From: Candidatus Hydrogenedentota bacterium
Lineage (GTDB): Bacteria > Hydrogenedentota > Hydrogenedentia > Hydrogenedentales > SLHB01
Direction of reading: 5' to 3'
Length of the DNA: 64,000 bases
Assembly (NCBI GenBank): GCA_963745075.1
Contig: CAVUWV010000019.1
Span: 1-64,000 of the forward strand
This document shows, one piece after another, positions 17,789 to 30,187 of this stretch. The translations under genes were made by a program, and so were the position numbers. Within the stretch, counting starts at the first letter, position 1; each line of letters begins with the position of its first letter. The notes beneath the pieces are model-generated. The model did no database searches and was not told the DNA's origin. It was given only the letters and a program-made list of their open reading frames with translations.

Positions 17789-18028
17789 ATGAACGCATCG
17801 CAGAAGAGAGAGATTTTCGGGTTTGTGCTCAGCATCGCTTTGGCGGTCGTCCTTGCGGTGGGGGCCATCATGTCGTTTAACGGCACGAGCAACGCCAGCT
17901 CCGATCCCTACACGATCGAAGTGCAGACCCCGGATCAGACCGGCACGGTGGGCACCGATAAGGGCGTGAAACGGTTCCAGACGACGGACGCCCGAACCAT
18001 CCTGCATTCGGAATCCACCGGGCAATAA
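17789..18028 (+). CDS. Small membrane-anchored hypothetical protein
   Basis: GAGG RBS, one N-terminal TM helix, followed by a terminator. Confidence 0.65.
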   Translation: MNASQKREIFGFVLSIALAVVLAVGAIMSFNGTSNASSDPYTIEVQTPDQTGTVGTDKGVKRFQTTDARTILHSESTGQ

Positions 18029-18046
18029 CGAACGGATAGACTATCC

Positions 18047-18090
18047 ACTCCGCAGTCCGTCCACGGGACGTGACTGCGGAGTTTCTTTTT
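18047..18090 (+). terminator. Intrinsic terminator
   Basis: ACTCCGCAGTC..GACTGCGGAGT followed by TTCTTTTT. Confidence 0.75.
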
Positions 18091-18194
18091 CCGGCGACAC
18101 CGATCTATCATCCCCCTGTCACGCCGTGACGAGAACCCAGCACAACTTTCGGACAATCCATCGCCGTTTCGTGCGTGGTCGGAGGATAGCACCC

Positions 18195-18707
18195 ATGTCG
18201 AGAATTCAGCTTGTTTTGCTCTTTACCGGTGTCGCGATTGTGGGCTCCATCAGCGCACTGATGACCTCATGGTTGACCGGAGGCGTGGTGTCGGCGGCGC
18301 CGGCCTATCTCGAAGCCAAGGAATTCCGACTGGTCGACGATTCGGGCGCTATTCGCGGCCGGTTCGGCACGGACCCCGACGGGACCACGCGGCTGGTGAT
18401 CACCGATCCCGATGGCGTGCCACGATTGTGGAGCGGCGTCATGCCGAATGGCACGGCGATGGTGAACCTGAACGACGAGGCCGGAAAACCCCGCGTGTTC
18501 ATCCAGGTCAACGACACGGAGCCGCTGATCGCCATGCGGGACACATCCGACACGGGCCGCATTTATCTGCAAGTCAGCCAGGACGAACCGTTGATCAACC
18601 TGCGCGATGCTAACAACCAGGGGCGCATCTTCATCAAAGTCGGCGAAGAAGGTCCGGCGATCTGGTTCAACGACGACCAGGGCCGGACGGTCTACACGCA
18701 ACGCTGA
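18195..18707 (+). CDS. Membrane-anchored hypothetical protein with ~22-aa beta repeats
   Basis: GGAGG RBS; N-terminal TM; EAKEFRLVD..G..R then repeats of P.I.L.D....RI.I.V. Confidence 0.75.
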   Translation: MSRIQLVLLFTGVAIVGSISALMTSWLTGGVVSAAPAYLEAKEFRLVDDSGAIRGRFGTDPDGTTRLVITDPDGVPRLWSGVMPNGTAMVNLNDEAGKPRVFIQVNDTEPLIAMRDTSDTGRIYLQVSQDEPLINLRDANNQGRIFIKVGEEGPAIWFNDDQGRTVYTQR

Positions 18708-18835
18708 CGTTCTACGCCGTGCATTGCGGGGTCCACATTCTGCGCTTCGGATTCACTCCAGACAACCCAAGCCATGCTTTCCCTATCCTCATGATTTGAA
18801 TTGACGGACCTGTTAACTAGGTCTATGCTGAAAGT

Positions 18836-19924
18836 ATGAATTGGCAAAACATTTCCAAACGATTGCCGCCGATTGCAGCCGTCGCGATCGTCGCTGCATT
18901 TCCACTCCTCGGGTACGCGGCCGAACCGGACGCCGCAAATGTTCCCCGCAATCACACCGTGACGGATCAGCTCCCGGAAGGCTATTTTCAGGAATCATAC
19001 GTCCACAACGCGATGGGGACGTTCTTCGAGATCGTGGTGTACGGCGAGCGGGACAAGGATTCGGCCGACCAGTTCAGCCGGGCCGCGGACGAAGCGTTTA
19101 AGACTATCGACAGTCTGGAGGACCGGGCCAGCAGTTGGATTCGCAGCAGCCAGATTTCACGGGTGAACCGGGAAGCGGCCGAACAACCGATTCGGGTGGC
19201 GCCGGACGTGTTCCGCATGCTCGAGGTGTCCCAAACCTTGTATCGCAACACGGGCGGCGCCTTCGACATCACCGTGGGGCCCCTGGTCGATCTGTGGCGC
19301 ACCTGCCGAGAAGAAAAAAAATTGCCCACCGAGTCCGAACTTGCGGCTGCGCGTGGTGTCATAGGTTTCGACAAGGTGACGCTCGATGCCAAAGCGCGGA
19401 CGGTGTCGTTCGCTAAGCCGGGAATACGCCTGAACTTCGGAGGGATCGGCAAAGGTTTCGCGCTCGACGAGGCCGTGCGGGTGTTGCGCAGCTACGGCAT
19501 CCGACGGGCGATCCTGCACGGCGGCGCGAGCACGATCATCGCGATGGGCGCGCCACCGGATAAGCCCGGCTGGACGGTTCGCGTGAGCCATCCCGTCGAC
19601 ACGGACAAGGACATTGCGACGTTCGTGCTCAAGGACGAGTCGTTGTCCACGTCGGGGCATTTGATCGACGTGGTGGAGATAGACGGGAAGAAGTACGGCC
19701 ACATTCTGAACCCGGCCACGGGGATGCCCGTGCAGGGGATCGTCATGAGTATGGCGGTGGCGCCGACCGGCACGGAAACGGATGGACTGAGCACCGCCTT
19801 CTTCGTGATGGGCGTAGAGGGGACCGAACGCTATTGCCGGGATCACCCCGGGGTGCGCGCGGTTCTGGTTCCCGATTCCGACACCGGGACGTTCAAACCC
19901 ATCCGGATTGGCTTTGACCAATAG
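18836..19924 (+). CDS. apbE: FAD:protein FMN transferase (ApbE family)
   Basis: AMGT, TGGAFDITVGPLVDLW, NFGGIGKGFA, STSG, YGHILNP.TG, TDGLSTA; signal peptide. Confidence 0.9.
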   Translation: MNWQNISKRLPPIAAVAIVAAFPLLGYAAEPDAANVPRNHTVTDQLPEGYFQESYVHNAMGTFFEIVVYGERDKDSADQFSRAADEAFKTIDSLEDRASSWIRSSQISRVNREAAEQPIRVAPDVFRMLEVSQTLYRNTGGAFDITVGPLVDLWRTCREEKKLPTESELAAARGVIGFDKVTLDAKARTVSFAKPGIRLNFGGIGKGFALDEAVRVLRSYGIRRAILHGGASTIIAMGAPPDKPGWTVRVSHPVDTDKDIATFVLKDESLSTSGHLIDVVEIDGKKYGHILNPATGMPVQGIVMSMAVAPTGTETDGLSTAFFVMGVEGTERYCRDHPGVRAVLVPDSDTGTFKPIRIGFDQ

Positions 19925-19963
19925 GACAGCGAGCGAAAGTTGAACCGTAACTTGGTCATCGCA

Positions 19964-20110
19964 ACTCGTAATCGTGCTCGTAATCGTAATCGAACTACGA
20001 CTTACGTACGTGAGCGATCTCGGAACGCCGAAATCCGGCTAAACCGCAAATGCAGTACGCATCGATGTCTTCCACCAACCTCGATTACGATTACGAGCAC
20101 GATTACGAGT
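19964..20110. repeat. 147-bp element with perfect 30-bp hexamer-periodic terminal inverted repeats
   Basis: ACTCGTAATCGTGCTCGTAATCGTAATCGA (19964-19993) / TCGATTACGATTACGAGCACGATTACGAGT (20081-20110). Confidence 0.85.
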
Positions 20111-20138
20111 CACGATGGCTTCGGGAAGGGAGCCGGCC

Positions 20139-21611
20139 ATGGATACGAAACTGTCTCGACGCAATTTCATCAAGGCCACGGGTGCGACGGCGGGGCTCGC
20201 CATCGCCACGGGGTACTCGCCCTTTTCCTACGCGCAAAATGAAAAAGTCCGGGTCGCACTCATCGGCACGGGCAGCCAAAACCGTCTCCACATCGAGGAC
20301 GGTCTTGCCGGCGCGCAGGACATCGAAATCGTTGCCATAGCGGATTGCCTGTTGTTCAATCTGGGGTGGGGCTGGACGACCGCCGGCAGCGACCCCGAGC
20401 TCAAGAAACACCTCTACACCGACTATCCGACGATGTTGGAAAAGGAAATGGACAACATCGATGCGGTCATCATCGCCACGCCCTTCAAGACCCACTACCC
20501 CATCGTGATGGACTGTCTCGACGCGGGCAAGCACGTCTTCTGCGAAAAGACCATGGCCCACACCTACGAGGCATGCCGGGACATTGTGACGAAGTGTCAC
20601 GACACGGGTCTCTTCGTGCAGGTCGGCCACCAGCGCCGGTACAACCCCGAGTACAACTACGCCGCGACCCAGATGCTGCAGAAGAAGCGCCTGGGACGCG
20701 TCGGATTCATCGAAGCCCAATGGCACCGGAACGACGCGTGGCGGCGTCCCCTGCCCAAGAAGAAGGACGGGTCGCCGTACGTGTTGAGCCCCGCGGAGAA
20801 GAAATGGATTCCCGATCTCCAGAAGCATTGGAACTGGCGCATCTACGAAGAGTACTCGTCGGGGCTGCTCAGCGAACTGGCGACACATCATCTGGAAGAG
20901 GTCAACTTCCTACTGGGTACCATGCCGTCGCGCGTCTGGGGCACGGGCGGACTGGACTATTGGCGCGACGACCGCACGACCTTCGACAATCTCACAGTCA
21001 CCTACGAATACGAAATGTCGAAGCGGGACCACGGCTTCGGCACGGTCGACGCCAAGATCGAGGAACAAGATCCGCGACGCGTCAATCAGCCGTACACGGT
21101 GCGCGTCACGTGGTCGGGCACACTGGAGAGCGCCAAGAAAGGCGCTTCCATGCTGGTCATGGGCGACGAGGGGACCTTCGAACTGCGGGAACGGTGGTCG
21201 TGGGAGAAACCCGGCTGCGTCTTCTTCCAGGAACCCGTCAAGATCTGGCTCGATCCCAAAACGATGCAACCGACGACCGACAAAAAGATCATTGAGTGGA
21301 TCAAGGTGACGGGGCAATCCCAAATCTACTCACGTTGGGAAGAGCAAGATCCGGTTCCCTTCGAGAAGGAACTCGATCCCTCATGGTTCGACATCACGCC
21401 CGACGTGCGGCAGTTCCAGGCCTTCGCTAAGCACATCAAAGAAGGCGGCAAACCGCGAACCAACGAGATGGTCGGGTTGATGGCGTCCGTCTGCGATATC
21501 GCCGGGCACGAAGCGGTCACCACCAAGGAAGTCGTCGAGATCGATCCCGCAGTGTATACCTTCGATTTCGAAACACCCGATCCCTTCGTCTACGAGTTGA
21601 TCGAGGCATGA
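20139..21611 (+). CDS. Tat-exported Gfo/Idh/MocA oxidoreductase, paralog 1
   Basis: SRRNFIK Tat motif, RVALIGTG, DAVIIATP, HVFCEK, QVGHQRR, NWR.Y..YS.GL.SELATH. Confidence 0.9.
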   Translation: MDTKLSRRNFIKATGATAGLAIATGYSPFSYAQNEKVRVALIGTGSQNRLHIEDGLAGAQDIEIVAIADCLLFNLGWGWTTAGSDPELKKHLYTDYPTMLEKEMDNIDAVIIATPFKTHYPIVMDCLDAGKHVFCEKTMAHTYEACRDIVTKCHDTGLFVQVGHQRRYNPEYNYAATQMLQKKRLGRVGFIEAQWHRNDAWRRPLPKKKDGSPYVLSPAEKKWIPDLQKHWNWRIYEEYSSGLLSELATHHLEEVNFLLGTMPSRVWGTGGLDYWRDDRTTFDNLTVTYEYEMSKRDHGFGTVDAKIEEQDPRRVNQPYTVRVTWSGTLESAKKGASMLVMGDEGTFELRERWSWEKPGCVFFQEPVKIWLDPKTMQPTTDKKIIEWIKVTGQSQIYSRWEEQDPVPFEKELDPSWFDITPDVRQFQAFAKHIKEGGKPRTNEMVGLMASVCDIAGHEAVTTKEVVEIDPAVYTFDFETPDPFVYELIEA

Positions 21612-22082
21612 CGTGGGTCCAATTTGAAATTCGAAAACAAATCCGAATGACAAAATGACCGAAATGGGGGGGGGAATTCAATAAGCAACACTGCGAATAT
21701 TGATTATAGTATAAATAATTCTTTTGCGCTGTGGCGCAAATTGAGCGTTCGCCGACAAAATCATGTGTCGGACGCCCACCGTGGGTTGGACCGGCGGGTC
21801 CGGCAAGTAGTAGAATGGAATAGAGAGCGTGGGAATTCCGGTTCCCCCGTTATAGAGGTGTTGCGCAGCGCGTCAAGCCTCGCGCTTGACGTGTTGGTTT
21901 GATTCGATAGAGAATACGGAGCGAAGTCGGGACGTGGCGGCATTGCCGCCGCGAAGCGGAGAAATGTGTTGTTCACCGGGCCGTCCGCTTGCTCCCGCCT
22001 CGCAGAATGTCGCCCCGCCGGACGGGTGGCGGCGGTCCACGCGTCCGGAGCGTATAACTGTGGCAACAGAAAGGAACCAGGA

Positions 22083-23555
22083 ATGGACAAGGATTTGACG
22101 CGGCGTAATTTTATGAAGGCAACGGGCGCTGGGGCGGGCATCGCCATCGCGGCGGGTTGGTCCCCCTTGTCCTACGCGCAAAACGAACGGGTACGGGTCG
22201 CCATGATCGGCACGGGCAGCCAGAACTGCATCCACCTCGAGGACGGCCTGGCCGGCTCCCAGAGTATTGACGTGGTCGCCATTGCGGATTGCCTGAAGCC
22301 CAACCTCGCGAAGGGCTGGTTCACGGCGGGCGGCAGCGACGAACTGAAGAAACACCTCTACCTGGACTATCGCGAGATGTTGGACAAGGAAAAGGACAAC
22401 ATCGACGCAGTCGTGATTGCCACGCCGTTCAAAACGCACTATCCCATCGTCATGGACTGTCTGGACGCGGGCAAGTACGTGTTCTGCGAGAAGACCATGG
22501 CCCACACTTATGAATACGCCCGGAACGTCGTGAAGAAGTGCCACGAAACCGGGCTGTTCGTCCAGAACGGGCACCAGCGGCGTTACAACCCTGAATACAA
22601 CCATGCGGCCACGCAGATCATCGAGAACGGACGCCTTGGCCGCGTCGGGTTCATCGAATCCCAGTGGCACCGCAACGGCGACTGGCGGCGTCCGCTGCCG
22701 CGCCTTAAGGACGGCACGACGTACCAGTTGTCTGAAGCCGAGAAGAAGTTCATCCCGGATTACGAAAAGCACATCAACTGGCGCATTTACGAAGATTTCT
22801 CCGCCGGCCTGATGAGCGAGTTGGCGACGCACCACATGGAAGTCACGAACTTCCTGTTGGGGACGATGCCGTCGAAGGTCTACGGTTCGGGCGGCAACGA
22901 TTACTGGCGCGACGGCCGCACCACCTTTGACAATCTCGCCGTGACATACGAGTACGAGATAGGCCGGCGGGATCACGGCTTCGGTCAGATCGACGCCCGC
23001 AACGATCAGCAGCGGGAACGTATGCGCGAACAGAATCGTCCGTACAAGGTGCGCGTCACGTGGTCCGGCACGCTGCAAAGCGCCCACAAGGGCGGCTCGA
23101 TGCTGATCATCGGCGACAAGGGCGCCTTCCAATTGCGCGAGCGGTTGAAGGCGGACCAGCCGGGTTGCGTCTTCTACGGTGAACCCGAAAAGATCTGGCT
23201 CGATCCCGCGACCGGTGAACCGACGACGGACACGGATATCATCCAAGGCATCCGGGCGCGCGGTGAATCGCAGAAATACACGCAAATCATCGATCAGGAG
23301 CCGATTCCCTTCGAAAAGGAAATGGACCCGAGCATCTTCGACAAAACGCCGGACGTGCGGCAGTTCGAAGCTTTCGCCCAGTGCATCAAGGAAGGCGGTA
23401 AGCCCCGCACGAACGAGATGGTCGGCCTGATGGCGTCGATTTGCGATATCGCCGGTCACGAGGCCGTGTCGACGGGCGAGATCATCGACATCGACCCGGC
23501 CCTGTACACCTTCGATTTTGAGACGCCGGAACCGTTTGATTACGTGAAGGCGTAA
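22083..23555 (+). CDS. Tat-exported Gfo/Idh/MocA oxidoreductase, paralog 2
   Basis: TRRNFMK Tat motif, same motifs, collinear and highly similar to 20139-21611. Confidence 0.9.
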   Translation: MDKDLTRRNFMKATGAGAGIAIAAGWSPLSYAQNERVRVAMIGTGSQNCIHLEDGLAGSQSIDVVAIADCLKPNLAKGWFTAGGSDELKKHLYLDYREMLDKEKDNIDAVVIATPFKTHYPIVMDCLDAGKYVFCEKTMAHTYEYARNVVKKCHETGLFVQNGHQRRYNPEYNHAATQIIENGRLGRVGFIESQWHRNGDWRRPLPRLKDGTTYQLSEAEKKFIPDYEKHINWRIYEDFSAGLMSELATHHMEVTNFLLGTMPSKVYGSGGNDYWRDGRTTFDNLAVTYEYEIGRRDHGFGQIDARNDQQRERMREQNRPYKVRVTWSGTLQSAHKGGSMLIIGDKGAFQLRERLKADQPGCVFYGEPEKIWLDPATGEPTTDTDIIQGIRARGESQKYTQIIDQEPIPFEKEMDPSIFDKTPDVRQFEAFAQCIKEGGKPRTNEMVGLMASICDIAGHEAVSTGEIIDIDPALYTFDFETPEPFDYVKA

Positions 23556-23570
23556 AGACGAGAAACACGT

Positions 23571-23611
23571 GGCCCCGGCGCGAGCAACTTCGCGCCGGGG
23601 CCTTTCTATTT
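23571..23611 (+). terminator. Intrinsic terminator, target hairpin of the group IIC intron
   Basis: GGCCCCGGCGCGA-gcaact-TCGCGCCGGGGCC followed by TTTCTATTT, immediately before GTGCG. Confidence 0.85.
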
Positions 23612-25506
<1,895 letters not shown>

Positions 25507-25508
25507 TC

Positions 25509-25548
25509 GATCGGACGGATCCCTGCCGATCGGTCCGATCCGTCCGAT
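25509..25548. repeat. Nonamer-periodic palindrome, copy 2 (3' flank of the intron)
   Basis: ATCGGACGGATC...GATCCGTCCGAT hairpin. Confidence 0.7.
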
Positions 25549-25552
25549 TCTC

Positions 25553-26308
25553 CTACTCCGAAAACGGCGCTCGGCGAATCAGCTTGCCGAAGCCTACGCG
25601 CCGGTGCAGGAAACAGATGCGCCCGCTGGGACGCTCCCGCATTTCCTGCCGCAGCCGTTCTCCGAAAGCTCGTTTGAAGTCTTCGCGCGGGTAGCGCTGG
25701 ACGACCTTCCTTCGCGTTTCGTTGTCCAGTAGTTCTGCGTTCGTGCCGACGACATCCAGGCTGGCTCCGGCATGAAGCAGATGCGCCTCGACTCCTTTTC
25801 CTATTGGCGCCACAACGTTGAGATGCATGACGATGGCCTCCGTCAATGCCTCCTGGCGCTCCGGCGGCCACGCCGCTTGCCGGGCAAGAGCGCCGGCGCC
25901 CTGGGCGCTGTCGAGTGTGAAACATTCCGCGTGTTCGGCGCATCCGGCGTAAGCAGTGGTCAGCCCCAGGTCGTGCAATAGTGCCGCGACGTAAAGGAGT
26001 TCGTTGTCGAATGTAATGGACCGGGCCGTCGCGATGAGGTGTGCCCACAGGTAGGTGCGATGGCAGTGGTTTACTAGAAAGACCGGCGAGACTTGTTGAC
26101 AAAGGAGCGCGGCTTGATTTGCGGTTTCCGAATCGGGCGGCGCAATGTCGTGCAGGGGCACGTTCACCGGAGCACCGGCTGCTGAAAAACGGCGCATCAT
26201 TCGGTGCGCTTGCAGTTGCAGGCCCTGTCCCATCAGCGCCAACCGGTCGGTGACCGTCAACCGGCCCATGGTACGCATCGCCCATTCCAGGGATCCGACT
26301 CCGTTCAC
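25553..26308 (-). CDS. HD-domain metal-dependent protein (cyanamide hydratase-like)
   Basis: LVNHCHRTY, DNELLYVAALLHDLGL, EAIVMH, LLHAGASLDVVG, YPR..FK. Confidence 0.82.
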   Translation of the reverse strand: MNGVGSLEWAMRTMGRLTVTDRLALMGQGLQLQAHRMMRRFSAAGAPVNVPLHDIAPPDSETANQAALLCQQVSPVFLVNHCHRTYLWAHLIATARSITFDNELLYVAALLHDLGLTTAYAGCAEHAECFTLDSAQGAGALARQAAWPPERQEALTEAIVMHLNVVAPIGKGVEAHLLHAGASLDVVGTNAELLDNETRRKVVQRYPREDFKRAFGERLRQEMRERPSGRICFLHRRVGFGKLIRRAPFSE

Positions 26309-26341
26309 GGAAACGCCTCCAGAGGTCTTGGTGTGGAGTGC

Positions 26342-27562
26342 TCAGCGCACGTGGTCCTCGCGTAACGCTCGCGCGGTCACTCCAAGTCCCATCAAGCCAG
26401 CAACGCCGAGCAGTGTGCCCGCTCCGAGGAAGAATCGCAATTGTTCGGCGCCCGCCTCGGCCGCGCCGCCGGTGGTGAGCGACAGGAGAAACAGGACGCC
26501 CGAGAAGGACAGGCGGCCGGCGAGGCTTTGCATGGACAGATAGGTGGCCCGTTGCGCCTGCGGGACCCGGGGAGCGATGGCCGCGTTGAGCGGAGCGGTC
26601 ATCAATCCGCGCGGACAGCTTCGCAGCAAGATGAGGATTACGACGATCGGGTTGATGACGATGGCCATGGCGATCATGATGATCAGTTGCAGCGCGGTGC
26701 TCGACAACAGGGCGGTTGCCAATCCGAACCGATCCCGGAGGCGCACGCTCCATGCCGCAGCCTGGGAGGCAACGACCATCGTAAGCGCCGTGACCACACC
26801 GGAGACCAGCGGTGTGCCCGAGGTTGTGCTGTGCCAACCGCGCAAGACCAGATCCAGGTAGGGTTGGTAAAAGAGGTATGGCATGTGATTGAGCACCGTC
26901 ATGAGCACGTAGAACGCGAAAAGCCACAACAATGCGGACTGGCGCAGGCAGGCGATGCACACCCGCAATTGGCGCAGAATCCCCTCGCCCAGCGAGGCGC
27001 GCTTTTCCAATACGGTCGGTTCCCTGAACAAAGACACAATGGCGACGCAAACGACCGCCGACACAAACGCCAGGGCGTAAGCGTACCGTAACGATATCAT
27101 GCCAGCGGCGCCGCCAAGGATTGCCGCGATTGCGCCGCCCAGAAAGGCGCGGTGGACGGCGATCGCCTCGCGATCCCCGAAGTCATTCTCGCGATGCAGC
27201 CCCGCAAGGGAGTCGAAGTGGAAGGACGTATCGGTGCCCGAATTAAAGGCGAGACCTGTGGCGAGGAAGATCTGCGCGAGCGCGAAGGTGGAGAATTCAT
27301 GACCGAAGAAGAACAGCGCATGCGCCACGGCCACCGATGCCGTGGCCACGAGCAGCGTGAGGCGGCGTCCCACACTGTCGGATAGATAGCCCGACGGCAC
27401 TTCGAGAACGACCACCGCAAAATAGTAGATCGCTTCCAGCCGCAGCACGTCGGCCAAAGGGAACCGGGACGAAAAGTACAGGAAGAACACGGGCAGCCAA
27501 AAATACGCACTGAACACGCCCGCATACCACGGGTACAACCGTACATTTCGTTCCAGGGACAC
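26342..27562 (-). CDS. MFS transporter
   Basis: GTG start after AAGGAG; LEVPSGYLSDSVGRR (MFS motif A), AFNSGTD, ~12 hydrophobic segments. Confidence 0.88.
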   Translation of the reverse strand: MSLERNVRLYPWYAGVFSAYFWLPVFFLYFSSRFPLADVLRLEAIYYFAVVVLEVPSGYLSDSVGRRLTLLVATASVAVAHALFFFGHEFSTFALAQIFLATGLAFNSGTDTSFHFDSLAGLHRENDFGDREAIAVHRAFLGGAIAAILGGAAGMISLRYAYALAFVSAVVCVAIVSLFREPTVLEKRASLGEGILRQLRVCIACLRQSALLWLFAFYVLMTVLNHMPYLFYQPYLDLVLRGWHSTTSGTPLVSGVVTALTMVVASQAAAWSVRLRDRFGLATALLSSTALQLIIMIAMAIVINPIVVILILLRSCPRGLMTAPLNAAIAPRVPQAQRATYLSMQSLAGRLSFSGVLFLLSLTTGGAAEAGAEQLRFFLGAGTLLGVAGLMGLGVTARALREDHVR

Positions 27563-27573
27563 AGGCGCTCCTT

Positions 27574-27852
27574 TCAGCGGAGGTAGGTGCGAATGATTTC
27601 CACGAGTTGCTCCGTGGCTTCCACTTGTTCGCCCGTGGGTTTCCGTTTCGGATCGATGACGTGTTCGCGAATGTGGCCTTCGAGGATCTCCGCCATAAGC
27701 CCGCTGAGCGCCCCCCGGCAGGCCACGACCGTTTGCAGAATGGTGAATGGATCCGCTTCCTCGGTGAGCCCGCGCTCGACGGCCTCCAGTTGGCCGCGGA
27801 GCCGGCGGATGCGGTTCACTAATTTCTTCTTGTCGCGTACGGTGTGGGACAT
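27574..27852 (-). CDS. CsoR/RcnR/FrmR-family repressor (RcnR-like, Cys35 replaced by Pro)
   Basis: MSHTVRDKKKL..R..R..GQ..A, LQ....RGA..GLM.E..EGH..EH; GGAGG RBS. Confidence 0.88.
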   Translation of the reverse strand: MSHTVRDKKKLVNRIRRLRGQLEAVERGLTEEADPFTILQTVVACRGALSGLMAEILEGHIREHVIDPKRKPTGEQVEATEQLVEIIRTYLR

Positions 27853-27876
27853 GGGGTAATCCTCCAGAAAATCCAA

Positions 27877-27897
27877 ATACTATAGGGGGTATGGTAT
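27877..27897. promoter_or_regulatory. RcnR/FrmR-type operator
   Basis: ATACTATA-GGGGG-TATGGTAT: G-tract flanked by AT-rich inverted repeat, ~25 bp upstream of the repressor start. Confidence 0.8.
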
Positions 27898-28134
27898 CAC
27901 CTCGGCGAGCCGGTCTGCAATCGAACGGGAAATGGGCACCAGGATGGGCGGGCCACACAAGCGACCTAAAAGACCAAGAGGACCGAAACGACACGCGGGT
28001 CTGCCGGGACTTGCTTGAAACGGTCGCCTATGTCGCTTATGTACAAGTTGCCGCTTCGGTCGTGACACGATCTGGCGTGGCGTGGTAGCATGGCGCGTTG
28101 AACACCCATGCAACGCGTCGTGGAGGACCGAACT

Positions 28135-29285
<1,151 letters not shown>

Positions 29286-29305
29286 CGGAAGGAATCAGAC
29301 CTGCG

Positions 29306-30187
29306 ATGTACATTTCCATACGTGACGGCATGTTGGTTGAAGCGGGGTTCACGAATCTCGCGGAAGGGATGAAGCGAATCGGTGTGACGGCCGTGGAAGT
29401 CGCGCTCGATCAGGATTTCAGTGTTTACGGTATGGACTCCACCAACAAGGTGTCCCTGCAGGGCGACGACGGTGTGATGGCCTACAAGAAACACCTCGAC
29501 AATCTCGGTATCACGGCGTGCAGTTTCCTCACGGCGCGCGATTTCAGCGCGGGCGATATGGAATCGAATACGCGCTGGGTCGCGCGGGCGCTCGAGATCG
29601 CCGAGATTATGGGCATGTCGTCGATCCGAATCGATTCCGCCATGAAACGCGAACGCGAACTGGATTTCGGCACGCGCGTGAACCTGTTCGCCGAAGGGCT
29701 CGGCGGCGCATTGGAACGGACGAACGGATTGAAGGTCACGATGGGGATCGAGAATCACGGGTACCAGGGCAACAACCTCGCGTTCCTCTTGAACGTGTTC
29801 AAGCGCGTGGGTTCGGACCGTCTGGGCTCGACTATGGACACGGGGAATTTCTATTGGCGTGGCTATCCCCTCTCGGAGGTCTACGGCATCCTCACGCTCC
29901 TGGCGCCGCATACGAAACATACGCACCTCAAAAACATCCACTATCCCGAAGAGACGCGCGAGGAAATCCGCGAGGGAGGCTGGGAGTACGGAAAGTATGT
30001 TTGCCCGCTGTACGAGGGCGATATCGATCATGGCCGGGTTCTTAACATTCTCTCCGACGCAGAATACGCGGGCGACGTATGTATCGAAAACGAATCGCTC
30101 GATAAGTGTGCGAACGACGAGGAGCGGAAGGACGTGCTGAAACGCGAAGTCGATCACCTCGAGGAGTTGCTCGCTACTCTTGGCTAA
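29306..30187 (+). CDS. Sugar phosphate isomerase/epimerase (xylose isomerase-like TIM barrel)
   Basis: GIENHG, DTGNFYW, HTHLKN, GDIDH, CIENE. Confidence 0.85.
   Translation: MYISIRDGMLVEAGFTNLAEGMKRIGVTAVEVALDQDFSVYGMDSTNKVSLQGDDGVMAYKKHLDNLGITACSFLTARDFSAGDMESNTRWVARALEIAEIMGMSSIRIDSAMKRERELDFGTRVNLFAEGLGGALERTNGLKVTMGIENHGYQGNNLAFLLNVFKRVGSDRLGSTMDTGNFYWRGYPLSEVYGILTLLAPHTKHTHLKNIHYPEETREEIREGGWEYGKYVCPLYEGDIDHGRVLNILSDAEYAGDVCIENESLDKCANDEERKDVLKREVDHLEELLATLG

Noticed and set aside
20172..20192. TGAT in Gfo paralog 1 as an ApbE flavinylation motif
   Set aside because: Lies within the cleavable Tat signal peptide and is not conserved in paralog 2
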